56,969 bases of DNA from Armatimonadia bacterium (GCA_039683575.1 JBDKRC010000347.1:1-56969); one strand, 5' to 3'. Positions 25,849 to 35,191 are shown, counted from the first letter of the stretch. Program-made: numbers and translations. Notes: generated from the sequence alone by a model not told the origin.

Positions 25849-28023
25849 CTACTTCCAGAACTCCTGCCCCAGCTCCGGCAAAGCCTCTCCCAGAGAGCCT
25901 TCCAGTCCGGCCCTCACCGCTGCCTTCCGCCACGGCTCCATCGCCGCCGGTGACAGCATCCACAAGTCCCCCTGCCCTCGCTCGTTAAGCCCTGCCAAAA
26001 CATCCCGCCCCACCGGCCCCCGGGGAGCGGGTGGTAACGCTTCTATAGCCTGTTTCGCGCCTGCGATCAAAGCCTGCACGCCGGAGGCCGCCGCCGGATG
26101 GGTCGCTCCGGGGGTGACCTCAGCCCCCGTGATCATCGCCCGCAGCACTCCCAGAGCCTCCTCCAGCGCCCCGGCGGGTGCCTCACACTGGAGCATCCCA
26201 GCTTGCCAGCAATTCGCCCCAATCCGCACGGGCGCGTCCGCCGTAGCCACCACGCACATCCGCTGCCGTGGCTTGCCGTCAAGCTCTCCCCGCAGCGTCA
26301 CCACAATTCCGGCTGCCTTGTCGCCAGCGGTCAGCGTCGCCGCCTCCGGCTTGCCCTCAACCTTCTCCAGCACCGCGCTCTCAAGCCTCTGGGCCGGGGT
26401 GGTCAGCCAGTATTTGGTCAGAAAATCCTGCGGGCTCAGTCGCGACAGGATACGCAACTGTTGATCTCCAGGATTCGCCAGGTACTTGTCACCTTCCTGC
26501 CAGCCGAGGTTTCTCAGTACTGGCGTCAGTTCGCGGAACAGTGGCACCAGTGGCTGCTGCCACAGCACCGACAGCCGCCGCTCATCCTGGCTCGTCGCCT
26601 CCACAAACAGCGTCCAGATGCCGTTGAAGGGCTGCACGCCGCCTCGGACCTTCCAGCCCGCGGGCACCGGCGCCTGCATCACGCCCTGCCCCGGGTCCTG
26701 CCACATAACCGTCTTGTCACTCTGGCGAGCTACCGTCGTCCACCACGGTCCGGCCTCAAAGCTATCGAGAATGCCTAGCAAGGCAGGCAGGTGCTTGTCG
26801 AACTCATCCGGCCGCGCGACCAGCGCGCTCAGCAGGCCGCTATCGCCTCTGACGTGGCTGCACGCCACCACCCTGCGCGACCCCTTCCCCGTCCCTACCG
26901 TGCCCGCCAGCACCGCCAGGTCGTCTTGCTGCCGCACACCGAGGCCTCGTGCCCCGACGGCGGTCAACTCAAGTCGCTCCAGCAACTCCTTCGCCAGAGA
27001 CGCCGCATCCGCCCCCTCAACGCCGATGAGCGGCCAGATCAGCGCCACTGCCCCCGGCGCGCTCGATCCATCGCCAGCCGCGGACGTCACCTCAATATGT
27101 CCCTCCCGCACCAGTACCTGCCATCCCACCGGGTACTGCAGCTTGAACCCCAGCGGGGACTCGAATGGGACCAGCTTGAGTTGGGCGTCCTCGGGCTCAG
27201 GGACGGGCACGACGTCCTTCACGGCAGGGGGGGCAACCTTCTCCGGCGCCTTATCAGCCTTCGGCTCGTCCGCAACTGCCGGCGCCGTCGTTACGGCGAC
27301 CCCAGCGGGAGAGGCCGGTGCGAGGCCCGGCTTGTCGGTCGCCGGAGGTGTTGGCACCGCAGGCGGCGGCGCCACCGGCAATTCCACGGGCTTGTCCACC
27401 ACTGCCACCGGCAGCGGCGGTTTGGGCTTAGGCGCAGGTACCGGCACCGGTTTGGCTGCCAACTGCTCCTGGGCGGGTGTCTCCGGGTGCACTACCTCCA
27501 GCGTCCGCGCCACCTGCCCCAGCGGGCCCTCGAGAAGCTTCCCGGCTTCGCCCGCCGCGCCGAACATCCCGATGACGCAGTACTTCCGCCCGCCATCCCC
27601 CTCATGCCCCAGTGCAAAAGCAATAAAGATGCTGTCGCCAAGCTGGCCCTCCGGCGGCCTGACCTGCCCCGTCACCGCCAGCCCCTCCAGCCCGGCCTCA
27701 GTCCGGAAGACCTCAGCCTTGCGCCGTACATACGGTACCCGGCGATACAGCGCCGTCTCCTGGGCATTGGCCGCTGCCGCCGCGGACAAGTCCCCCTCCG
27801 CGGGCGCATCCCAGGCTATTACCTCGATCCGCTGCTCCGGGTTCTCGGACTGCAGGAGCGCTGCCGTGGGGTTGATCTCCTTCAGCGTCCACCCTTCCGG
27901 CACGCGCACACGCAGGAGCCCGCCGCAGATTACCTGCTTTGCCTGCTCCTGCGCCGTCACCAGCCCGCAATGGCAGAGACCGCACATCAGCGCGGCCACC
28001 CAGATTGTGCGTCGGATCTGCAT
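25849..28023 (-). CDS. Secreted hypothetical protein with PsbP-like repeats and a Pro-rich linker
   Basis: Signal peptide from ATG 28023; three [VY]P.GW motifs (RVPEGW, QYPVGW, PVPAGW); PKPKPP/PPPAVP linker. Confidence 0.75.
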   Translation of the reverse strand: MQIRRTIWVAALMCGLCHCGLVTAQEQAKQVICGGLLRVRVPEGWTLKEINPTAALLQSENPEQRIEVIAWDAPAEGDLSAAAAANAQETALYRRVPYVRRKAEVFRTEAGLEGLAVTGQVRPPEGQLGDSIFIAFALGHEGDGGRKYCVIGMFGAAGEAGKLLEGPLGQVARTLEVVHPETPAQEQLAAKPVPVPAPKPKPPLPVAVVDKPVELPVAPPPAVPTPPATDKPGLAPASPAGVAVTTAPAVADEPKADKAPEKVAPPAVKDVVPVPEPEDAQLKLVPFESPLGFKLQYPVGWQVLVREGHIEVTSAAGDGSSAPGAVALIWPLIGVEGADAASLAKELLERLELTAVGARGLGVRQQDDLAVLAGTVGTGKGSRRVVACSHVRGDSGLLSALVARPDEFDKHLPALLGILDSFEAGPWWTTVARQSDKTVMWQDPGQGVMQAPVPAGWKVRGGVQPFNGIWTLFVEATSQDERRLSVLWQQPLVPLFRELTPVLRNLGWQEGDKYLANPGDQQLRILSRLSPQDFLTKYWLTTPAQRLESAVLEKVEGKPEAATLTAGDKAAGIVVTLRGELDGKPRQRMCVVATADAPVRIGANCWQAGMLQCEAPAGALEEALGVLRAMITGAEVTPGATHPAAASGVQALIAGAKQAIEALPPAPRGPVGRDVLAGLNERGQGDLWMLSPAAMEPWRKAAVRAGLEGSLGEALPELGQEFWK

Positions 28024-28120
28024 CACTTGGTTCACTTCTGGCAGGTCGAGCCTGCCGTCTACTGCGTGGTAACTACAAACAGCGTCCGGGCGCGTGCCCA
28101 ATAAGTCTCCCCGAAATGCC

Positions 28121-28172
28121 AGTAGCGCGGGCGGCCTCGCCCGCATCGGGCACCCTCACCGCTCGCGCTACT
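28121..28172. repeat. GTAG-type REP, family B, with inverted partner
   Basis: AGTAGCGCGGGCGGCCTCGCCCGC...CGCGCTACT; related to 33112, 33162 and 41096. Confidence 0.65.
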
Positions 28173-28192
28173 AGACTAACTCCACTGCAATC

Positions 28193-29026
28193 CTACGCCT
28201 GCCCCCACGCCTGCTGTACGAACTGCGCGCCCTGCCGCATCATCTCGACCGGCGGAGCGTTCACCTCGAGCGACAGCCAGCCGTCATAACCTGAGAGCTT
28301 CAGCGAAGCCACGACCTCCGCCACTTCGCCCTCGCCGCCGCCGATCTCCGCGCCGATCCAGCGCTTGTTCGACAGGCCCTTCAGCGGGGCCTCGCCGGTC
28401 GGGTCAACCTTGAAGTCCTTGATGTGCACATGGACGGTCAGGTCGCGCGTTGCCTTCAGCGCATGCATGGCCGTCTCGTCCGACAGCAGGAAGTTGCCGT
28501 TGTCGTACGTGACCTTCACATCGGGGCCCGCGCCGGTGACGACTTCCAGCACATGGTCCGAACGGCAGGCGAAGGCGGGGTAGACCCCAAAGTCCTCGAT
28601 CGTCGCGATGATGCCATACTCCTTGGCCATGTCCGCGCACTGCCGCAGGCCCGCGCTGTAGAGCTTGCGCCCCTCTTCGTTGCTCATGCCTTCCGAAGGC
28701 CTCGTCCCCGGGATCAGCGCCACCGGGCAGTCCCACTCCGCGCACAGCGCCAGCCCGCGCTTTACCGTCTCGAGCGCCGCCTTGCGGTCCTCCTCGCTGT
28801 TGCCGATGAGGTTCGCGCCGATATCCAGGCAACTCCACGTCATTCCGGCTGCCTTCGCCAGGCGCAGTACCTCCTGCCAGGGCTCCGGTGCGGCGTCGAG
28901 GTTGCTGAGCATCGGTTCGATGGCGGTGATGCCGGCCTGGGTCATCTCCTCAACCAGCGTAGCTGGTGCGAGCGATCCATTGGAAATGAGCCCGTGAAAC
29001 GGAAACAGCATGACTGACAGCTTCAT
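28193..29026 (-). CDS. Sugar phosphate isomerase/epimerase (AP endonuclease 2 TIM barrel)
   Basis: TIED, YDNGNF, HVHIKD, IGGGEG and YDGWLSLE metal motifs; AAGGAG RBS. Confidence 0.9.
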   Translation of the reverse strand: MKLSVMLFPFHGLISNGSLAPATLVEEMTQAGITAIEPMLSNLDAAPEPWQEVLRLAKAAGMTWSCLDIGANLIGNSEEDRKAALETVKRGLALCAEWDCPVALIPGTRPSEGMSNEEGRKLYSAGLRQCADMAKEYGIIATIEDFGVYPAFACRSDHVLEVVTGAGPDVKVTYDNGNFLLSDETAMHALKATRDLTVHVHIKDFKVDPTGEAPLKGLSNKRWIGAEIGGGEGEVAEVVASLKLSGYDGWLSLEVNAPPVEMMRQGAQFVQQAWGQA

Positions 29027-29089
29027 TGTCTTCTCCTTAGCCCTCTTTATCTCGCTACTGTTTGCTGCATCGTCGTTCGCGGTGCGGCG

Positions 29090-29521
29090 TTACCCCGCCT
29101 CCTGCAGCGCCTTCAGCGCCTGCCGGATGCGCTCCGCAGTCTCCTCCATCGCCGCCGCACTATCATAATTGCGCCGCGGCCAGAAGAAACCCTTCAAACC
29201 ATCGCCTTTATGTCGGGGAACAAGGTGCAGGTGGAGGTGGGGGACGCTCTGGCTGATGCGGTTGTTGTTGCCCATGAAGATGCCCTCGGCATCCAGAGCC
29301 AGTTCCAGGGCCCGCGCAATCTGCTGGGCCTTGAGAAATAACGGCCCCACCAACTCCGCCGGGAGGTCCATCAGCGTGACATGGTGCTCCCGCGGTACCA
29401 GTAACACATGTCCGGGGCAGAGGGGGCGCCGGTCGAGGAAGGCCAGCGATACCTCGTCCTCAAACACAACAGCGGCCTCCACGCGGCCGCTGACAATATC
29501 GCAGAAAATACAGTTGTCCAT
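29090..29521 (-). CDS. HIT family nucleotide hydrolase
   Basis: NCIFCDIV, PGHVLLVPREH, QSVPHLHLHLVPR. Confidence 0.95.
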   Translation of the reverse strand: MDNCIFCDIVSGRVEAAVVFEDEVSLAFLDRRPLCPGHVLLVPREHHVTLMDLPAELVGPLFLKAQQIARALELALDAEGIFMGNNNRISQSVPHLHLHLVPRHKGDGLKGFFWPRRNYDSAAAMEETAERIRQALKALQEAG

Positions 29522-29589
29522 AGCACCGCCCACCGGTCTGCCTCAAATCCTCTTCACAGGACAGGCGTCTCGCCCGTCACTTCTGTCGC

Positions 29590-29646
29590 CTGTAGGGCGA
29601 AGCGACGCCTGCGTCGCAGGGGGCTCGTACCCCGCCGGCCGTCATC
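29590..29646 (+). repeat. REP family A copy interrupted by a second palindrome
   Basis: CTGTAGGGCG[AAGCGACGCCTGCGTCGCA]GGGGGCTCGTACCCCGCCGGCCGTCATC. Confidence 0.75.
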
Positions 29647-29681
29647 CCCGACCCACCGTCCGACACTGCCGCCCTCGCCCG

Positions 29682-30257
29682 TCACTTCTGCAATAGCGGC
29701 ACAAACACCGTCCACAGCACAACCGCCGTCATGATCACTGCCAGGAGCGCCTTTCCCATGATCCCCAATAGCTTCCCGATCAGCGCCCCCTTACCCGCCT
29801 GCCTGGCCTCTTCCGGTGTCTTGCCCTGCCGCAGTTCATAGTAATAGGCCGCGAGGTACCCTCCCACTGCCGCCAGCGCCAGCGGCACGATCACCACACC
29901 GAGAGCAAAACCGAAGACTCCGCCCAGCACACTGAAGACCGGCGACAGGAACGAGCCCAGCACTGCCCCCGCAATCCCACCCGCTACCGCTGCCCAGCCC
30001 GTCTTCGCGCTGCCCCCGCCGTACTTCGTCCCCGCCGCTGCCAGCACGTTGTCCCCTAGCTCCGCCACCAGCGCCAGCCCCCCCAACACCAGGAGCACCC
30101 ACCACTCCGGCCGGTCCCAGTGGGTGATCGCCGACATCACCACTGCCCCCGCCAGAATCAGCACCGTGCCGGGCAGCCCCAGGAGCGTGGCAACCACTCC
30201 CGCCACGAGCACCAGCACAAAGAGCACATAGCCCAGCACGATAAGAAACGAGATCAT
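29682..30257 (-). CDS. DUF456 family membrane protein
   Basis: LPGT.LI, TKYGGGS..G..AVAGGIAG, YYYELRQGK..EA..AG.GALIG; multiple transmembrane helices. Confidence 0.85.
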   Translation of the reverse strand: MISFLIVLGYVLFVLVLVAGVVATLLGLPGTVLILAGAVVMSAITHWDRPEWWVLLVLGGLALVAELGDNVLAAAGTKYGGGSAKTGWAAVAGGIAGAVLGSFLSPVFSVLGGVFGFALGVVIVPLALAAVGGYLAAYYYELRQGKTPEEARQAGKGALIGKLLGIMGKALLAVIMTAVVLWTVFVPLLQK

Positions 30258-30276
30258 GGTGCCTATCCGGCTTCGC

Positions 30277-30321
30277 CTGTAGGGCGGGGGCTTGTACCCC
30301 GCCGGCCGTTATCTGCGACTG
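30277..30321 (+). repeat. GTAG-type REP, family A
   Basis: CTGTAGGGCGGGGGCTTGTACCCCGCCGGCCGTTATCTGCGACTG; the 3' tail is shared with the 47586 copy. Confidence 0.85.
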
Positions 30322-30343
30322 GGGAGCTACCCGCGCACTCCCT

Positions 30344-32188
30344 CTAGTACATCCGCCGCGCCCCCACATACCGCCGGGCGTAGTAATCAGAATCGAGATC
30401 GGTGATCTTCACCCCGCCGCGCCTGTTGGCGGCGTGGATGAACTTACCCTTGCCGATGTACATCCCCACATGCGAGATGCCGGCCCGGTAAGTGTTCTCG
30501 AAGAAGACCACGTCTCCGGGCTGCAGGTCGTCGCGCGAGATCGGGCTGCCCTGGTAGAACTGCGACCTGCTGCTGCGCGAGATATCAATCCCATGCCGCC
30601 GGTGGACATACGAAGTAAACCCGGAGCAGTCAAACGCACCTGCTCGCGACGAACCTCGGACGTAGGCGCACCCGAGGTACTTCTTGGCCGTCGCCACCAG
30701 CGCCGCACCGAGGCCGTCGCCCCCGGTGTCGTCGCTGACATCGTCGTCGTCTGTCGGCGAGGGGAAGTCATGCGGTGCCGCAAGGGTAGCCCTTGCTATC
30801 CGTGTCCTGCCGGCGCTACTACTGCTGCTGCCACCGTTGTGGCGCGCACTGGCGACTTGCTGGCGCGCCTGGCGCTCGGCCCTCGTGTCAACGAGGCGGG
30901 AAGACATCCACCCGATGTTGCCGTCCTCCAGCGCCACCTTATACCAATCAGGCTTCTTGCCGATGATGATCAGCCTGGTTCCCAGCTTGGCTTCGCCGCT
31001 GGTTGCCGCGTCAGTGCTTGGTCCTGTGCGCAGGTTCACCACCGGTCGCGCCACCCAGCCCACGTTCACCTCGACCTTTTCCCCGGCCTCGACCGTCGTG
31101 ATGGCCTTACCCGGCGGCACAAATTTGATCAGCCAGCCGGCGACCCAGCCATAGTTCCCTGAGTCCGTCCGCACCCGGCACCAATGTCCGGATACGGCCC
31201 CCACATAGAGCTTCTTGCCCTGATATACCTTGAACTTGACCGGCGACTCGCCGCTGGGGCGGTTGCGCACCTTGGCGCTGGCAGCCGTCACCCACGCTGG
31301 CAGGACCTTGTCGGTCTTCGCGACCTCGGCCCCCGTCGCCCCGGTACCGCTGCTGCTGCTCGGCTTCTTGTCGGTCTCTTGCTTGATCAGCCACGCCGCC
31401 ACCCAGCCCGTCGCGCCCCCATGCACCGTCGCGCGCCGCCATTGACCATTCTTGCCGCTCAGATAAAGCGTCTGGCCCTTGACCAGCGAGGCCTTCTTGT
31501 CAAACCTGGCGCCGGGGCCCGACCGCAGATATACCTTGTCCTCTATAACATACGCCTTGGCGCTATCCCCGGACGTGACGGTGGCCGGCTTGCTGGCCGT
31601 TCGGCTACCGGTGCCGGAGAGCTTGCGCCCCGCGGAGATGTTGTACTCCAGGAGGTCGCCCCGGACCCAGCCCGAACCGCCCGGCGTCTTGCACTTCACC
31701 CAGTCTCCCCGCCGCCCCAGCACGTACACCTTATCGCCGCTGTTGAGCGTCCCATAGCTCTTGCCGCCCAGCCCCGGTGCGCTGCGCACGTTCGCCGCTC
31801 CCACGCCGATCCACGCCGGCGGGCTACCCTTGCTGCTCTTGGTGGGAGCGCTCTTGCCGGTGGACACGGCGATCTGCCGCCCCTTGTCCGCCGAGAACTG
31901 GAGCATCCACTCAGCTACCCAGCCCTTACTGCCGCCGGGGAACGAGCACCAGCACCACTTGTTGGCAAACGAGTGGACGTAGACCTTGGCCCCACGCGGC
32001 AGCGAGCCGATACGCTTGCTGTCGGTGCGAGGGCCGGAACGGACGTTGAGTGTCTCGGGAATGACCCAGGCAGGGCGGGGAGAGGCTGCTTCAGCCCGCT
32101 GGGTAGTCAACGTCACCAGAACAAAGATGGCAGCCAGCACCGCCACGCTGTGACGGCGCAGTATTGCAGGGAGGTTTGGGGAACGCAT
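30344..32188 (-). CDS. NlpC/P60 peptidoglycan endopeptidase with five SH3b domains
   Basis: Five N/Y-[VL]-R..P...GW[VM] SH3b repeats; FDCSGF, PGDVVFF and HVGMYIG..FIHA catalytic motifs. Confidence 0.95.
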   Translation of the reverse strand: MRSPNLPAILRRHSVAVLAAIFVLVTLTTQRAEAASPRPAWVIPETLNVRSGPRTDSKRIGSLPRGAKVYVHSFANKWCWCSFPGGSKGWVAEWMLQFSADKGRQIAVSTGKSAPTKSSKGSPPAWIGVGAANVRSAPGLGGKSYGTLNSGDKVYVLGRRGDWVKCKTPGGSGWVRGDLLEYNISAGRKLSGTGSRTASKPATVTSGDSAKAYVIEDKVYLRSGPGARFDKKASLVKGQTLYLSGKNGQWRRATVHGGATGWVAAWLIKQETDKKPSSSSGTGATGAEVAKTDKVLPAWVTAASAKVRNRPSGESPVKFKVYQGKKLYVGAVSGHWCRVRTDSGNYGWVAGWLIKFVPPGKAITTVEAGEKVEVNVGWVARPVVNLRTGPSTDAATSGEAKLGTRLIIIGKKPDWYKVALEDGNIGWMSSRLVDTRAERQARQQVASARHNGGSSSSSAGRTRIARATLAAPHDFPSPTDDDDVSDDTGGDGLGAALVATAKKYLGCAYVRGSSRAGAFDCSGFTSYVHRRHGIDISRSSRSQFYQGSPISRDDLQPGDVVFFENTYRAGISHVGMYIGKGKFIHAANRRGGVKITDLDSDYYARRYVGARRMY

Positions 32189-32196
32189 ACTGAAAA

Positions 32197-32226
32197 AGTA
32201 TAGACTGCCCATCGCAAGCAAGTCAA
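32197..32226 (-). promoter_or_regulatory. Sigma70-type promoter of the NlpC/P60 gene
   Basis: Minus strand TTGACT-18 nt-TATACT, ending 8 nt before ATG 32188. Confidence 0.55.
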
Positions 32227-32276
32227 GTCAACGGGGTAAACACGGACACAATATAGACACAATACACACCTCAATG

Positions 32277-32343
32277 CGCGTAGGTCGGTTCATCCTGAAC
32301 CGACGCGAGGTGGGAGTGGGTTCGAGACGAACCCACCTACGCG
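32277..32343. repeat. Inverted REP doublet (REPIN-like), GTAG family C
   Basis: CGCGTAGGTCGGTTCATCCTGAACCGAC and, on the other strand, CGCGTAGGTGGGTTCGTCTCGAACCCAC; third copy at 48444. Confidence 0.8.
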
Positions 32344-32402
32344 GTGTGCGGTTTGTGGTCCGTAACTTGGGGCACCGGCCCTCGACCGTCCACCAGCCAG
32401 TG

Positions 32403-32477
32403 TGCCATCCTGAGTAGCGCCGTATGCGACGAAGGATCCCCAGCCACCGGGGATCCTTCATTATGTTCAGGATGACA
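32403..32477. repeat. GTCATCCTGA (CGTC-type) palindromic repeat
   Basis: TGCCATCCTGAG...GAAGGATCCCC-N6-GGGGATCCTTC...TTCAGGATGACA; same termini as the 56907 element. Confidence 0.75.
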
Positions 32478-32516
32478 GCCGTTTCAAGCCGTCTCCCACG
32501 CTCTCGCGCTCACCCT

Positions 32517-33071
32517 CTACTCTCCCCGGTAGTCCACCGCCTGCGTCACCAGGTTGGGGATCGCCGTCGCCGGCAGCCACTTCACGTGCCCGTCGCAGAA
32601 CAGCACATTGCAACCGCCGTTATGCGCCGGTGTGATCTCCTGGTTGATGGCGTTTACATCCATCATCAGCCAGGTCTCGGTCGGGTTCTCGATCCCGTCC
32701 ATGTTTCGGTTGCACAGCTTGTCATTGTACAGATACGTTATTCCGCGCTGCTTGACTTCATCCGGCGCTGACGGGCAGATGAACATCTGCGGCATCACGC
32801 CATCCTTCTTCATGATGTTGACGATGTTGTAGCGCTCCCGCGCGGGATGGTTGTCGGGCGGGTAGAACCACGCCTGTGGCAGCGGCTCATCCATATTCGC
32901 GCGCATCTGGAAGGCCATGCCGATCTGCCGGAGCTGATTGAAGCAGGCGACCTGGTGGGCCTTACTGGTGCAATTCTGAAAACCATTTCCGCCCAGCGAG
33001 GTCAGGATGCCAGTAACGACGAGAATCTCAACCGTAGTGAAACCCCGCCTCCTGCGAAGCTGCCTGATCAT
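32517..33071 (-). CDS. Atypical prepilin-type / H-X9-DG protein
   Basis: RRRRGFTTVEILVV, CFNQLRQIG, FICPS, HNGGCNVLFCDGHVKW; GGAGG RBS. Confidence 0.88.
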   Translation of the reverse strand: MIRQLRRRRGFTTVEILVVTGILTSLGGNGFQNCTSKAHQVACFNQLRQIGMAFQMRANMDEPLPQAWFYPPDNHPARERYNIVNIMKKDGVMPQMFICPSAPDEVKQRGITYLYNDKLCNRNMDGIENPTETWLMMDVNAINQEITPAHNGGCNVLFCDGHVKWLPATAIPNLVTQAVDYRGE

Positions 33072-33111
33072 TGCACACCTCCGGTATTCTGGATCCATCT
33101 AGTCGCAAGCC

Positions 33112-33189
33112 CCCCGCGTAGTGCAAGCATCCCGCCCGCACTGGCTATCCCTCGCGTCTCTCCCCGCGTAGTGCGGGCGTCCCGCCCGC
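33112..33189 (+). repeat. Two tandem GTAG-type REPs, family B
   Basis: CCCCGCGTAGTGCAAGCATCCCGCCCGC (33112) and CCCCGCGTAGTGCGGGCGTCCCGCCCGC (33162). Confidence 0.75.
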
Positions 33190-33330
33190 CTCACCCTTCA
33201 CATATCACAATAACCAAACCACGGCCCGCGGTCAATCAGGGGAATCCACCATGGAGGGGCCGAATGCGGGCAAGCCGTACCGCCCGCATCCGGCCCGCCG
33301 CTCACGCCTCTACTGCCGCCGCCTTCGAAA

Positions 33331-33339
33331 TGGTACAAT
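33331..33339 (+). promoter_or_regulatory. Extended -10 promoter element
   Basis: TG-G-TACAAT about 45 nt upstream of ATG 33383. Confidence 0.4.
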
Positions 33340-33382
33340 AGCTATACCATATTCTCACTCAGCAGGAGCACTTCGCCTCGAC

Positions 33383-34726
33383 ATGACCACGCCCCAACAC
33401 TCAGAAGACCACCCCATCGTCGTGATTGGTGGTGGCGCGGCAGGGATGATCGCCGCGGGAGCCGCCGCACACGCCGGCGCGCGCGTGGTCCTGCTTGAGA
33501 AGACCTCCCGCGTTGGCCGAAAGATCGCTATCAGCGGCAAGACGCGCTGTAATATCACCAACACCGAGGCCCTCGAAGGGTTCCTCACCGCGTATGGTCC
33601 TAACGGCCGTTTCCTGCGCGGCCCCTTCAGCCGCTTCTTCCGCGATGAACTCCTGGCGCTTCTGAAACGCTACGGGGTTGAGACCCAGGCCGAGCGCGGC
33701 GGACGGATCTTTCCCACCTCCGGCAGCGCCGAGGACGTTGTAAAGGCCCTGGAGCGCTTCATGGCCGAGGGAGGCGTTGAGGTTTGGACCGAGGCGAGAG
33801 TGTCGGGTCTCGTTAACGATGGCGCCCGCGTTACCGGCGTTCGCACCGATGAAGGCCTCGTGCCTGCCTCCGCCGTCATACTCGCCACCGGCGGCTCCTC
33901 GTGGGTCAACACCGGGTCAAGCGGCGAGGGCTACGCGATGGCCTCAGAGCTGGGCCACACCATCATCCCCCTCCGTCCCGCGCTGGTCCCGCTCGTGGTC
34001 GAGGAGATCGAACTCGCCAAGTCCATGCAGGGCGTGAGCCTGCGCAACGTCCGCCTCACCGCCTTCCGTGGCCGCTCTGAAACCATTGACGTCTCCCTGA
34101 CCCCGACTGCCGATTGTGGACGTGGCCTCCCCGGTAAGCAGCCCCGCAAGCCTGTCATCGAGAGCCGCATGGGCGAGATGATGCTGACCCACTTCGGGAT
34201 CGGCGGCCCGATCACGCTCCTGATGAGCCTTGCTATCGTGAAGGCTCTGGAGGAGGGCCCGGTCAGCATCTCGATTGACCTCAAGCCCGCCGTCCCCATG
34301 CAGGAACTCCGCCAGCGCCTGCAGCGCGAGTTTGAGCAGGCCAGCAAGCGCACTTTCCGCCGTCTGCTCGGAGAGTTGCTGCCCAGCAAGATGGTCGAGC
34401 CCTTCGTCACTCTCTCCGGCATCCCCGGCGACCGCCTCGGCCACCAGATCACCGGTCCGGAGCGCGACCGCCTGCTCATGCACCTCAAGTCGCTAAGGTT
34501 CAATATCAGGAGCGCGCTGCCCCTCAACGCTGCCATCGTCACGGCAGGTGGCGTCTCACTCAAGGAAGTAGACCCCCGCACGATGGAATCCCGCCTCGTC
34601 GAAGGTCTGTACCTCTGCGGCGAGGTCCTGGACCTCGATGCCGACACCGGCGGATACAACCTGCAGGCGGCCTTCTCGACGGGCTACATCGCGGGGAAAA
34701 CCGCCGCAGCGGGCTCAGAAGAGTAG
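33383..34726 (+). CDS. HI0933/YhiN family NAD(P)/FAD-dependent flavoprotein
   Basis: VIGGGAAG, GRKIAISGKTRCNITN, ILATGG.S..TGSSGEG, THFGIGGP, VTAGGV, GEVLD.DADTGGYNLQAAFSTG. Confidence 0.95.
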   Translation: MTTPQHSEDHPIVVIGGGAAGMIAAGAAAHAGARVVLLEKTSRVGRKIAISGKTRCNITNTEALEGFLTAYGPNGRFLRGPFSRFFRDELLALLKRYGVETQAERGGRIFPTSGSAEDVVKALERFMAEGGVEVWTEARVSGLVNDGARVTGVRTDEGLVPASAVILATGGSSWVNTGSSGEGYAMASELGHTIIPLRPALVPLVVEEIELAKSMQGVSLRNVRLTAFRGRSETIDVSLTPTADCGRGLPGKQPRKPVIESRMGEMMLTHFGIGGPITLLMSLAIVKALEEGPVSISIDLKPAVPMQELRQRLQREFEQASKRTFRRLLGELLPSKMVEPFVTLSGIPGDRLGHQITGPERDRLLMHLKSLRFNIRSALPLNAAIVTAGGVSLKEVDPRTMESRLVEGLYLCGEVLDLDADTGGYNLQAAFSTGYIAGKTAAAGSEE

Positions 34727-34735
34727 CCGCAAGTC

Positions 34736-34765
34736 AAAAAGCCTTCCCCGCGCGGGGAAGGCTTC
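34736..34765. terminator. Intrinsic terminator between convergent genes
   Basis: AAAAAGCCTTCCCCG-CG-CGGGGAAGGCTT; U-tract on the minus strand. Confidence 0.8.
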
Positions 34766-34791
34766 TCGGTAGGTCGGTGGTGTACCTGAGA

Positions 34792-35106
34792 CTACTTCAG
34801 GTACGAGCAGCAGTAGTCTGTCACGGCGGTGATCTTCAATTGAAACTTGGAGTTCGCGGCCACCTCGAAGCTCTGACCGGCGCTGATGGCCTGCCACTCG
34901 TCACTCCCCGGCAACTTCACCGTAAGCTCCCCGGCCATGATCTCCATGAGCTCGGAATCGGCGGTGCCGAACTCGTACTCGCCGGGCAACATGATGCCCA
35001 GAGTCTTGCGGGTGCCGTCGGCGAACAGGACCGTGCGGCTGGTCACGGCCCCGTCAAAGTAGATGTTGGCCTCTCTGACAATGGTAACGCCCTCGAACTG
35101 ACTCAT
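34792..35106 (-). CDS. ppnP: Pyrimidine/purine nucleoside phosphorylase (DUF1255)
   Basis: [58 protein letters not shown]. Confidence 0.92.
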   Translation of the reverse strand: MSQFEGVTIVREANIYFDGAVTSRTVLFADGTRKTLGIMLPGEYEFGTADSELMEIMAGELTVKLPGSDEWQAISAGQSFEVAANSKFQLKITAVTDYCCSYLK

Positions 35107-35191
35107 GCGTCTCGTCCTCCTGGCTGATAATGTGGTCTGAGTATACACCGTACCGGGCTGATTTTCCTGCTTGAGAGGCGCTGGTAGGGTA

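Noticed and set aside
26486-28104. Long plus-strand ORFs of 528 and 437 aa, and similar antisense ORFs elsewhere (e.g. 4979-6250, 10434-11648, 36938-38230, 45023-46348, 50097-51389, 55128-56258)
   Set aside because: They lie opposite well-supported genes, have low-complexity Ser/Arg/Pro/Ala composition, and are expected from stop-codon scarcity at high GC.
32228-32516. Possible riboswitch or ncRNA upstream of the NlpC/P60 gene, and the small ORFs here
   Set aside because: The hairpins are explained by REP and CGTC-type repeats found elsewhere in the window; I saw no c-di-AMP or other riboswitch consensus, and the likely promoter lies downstream of them.
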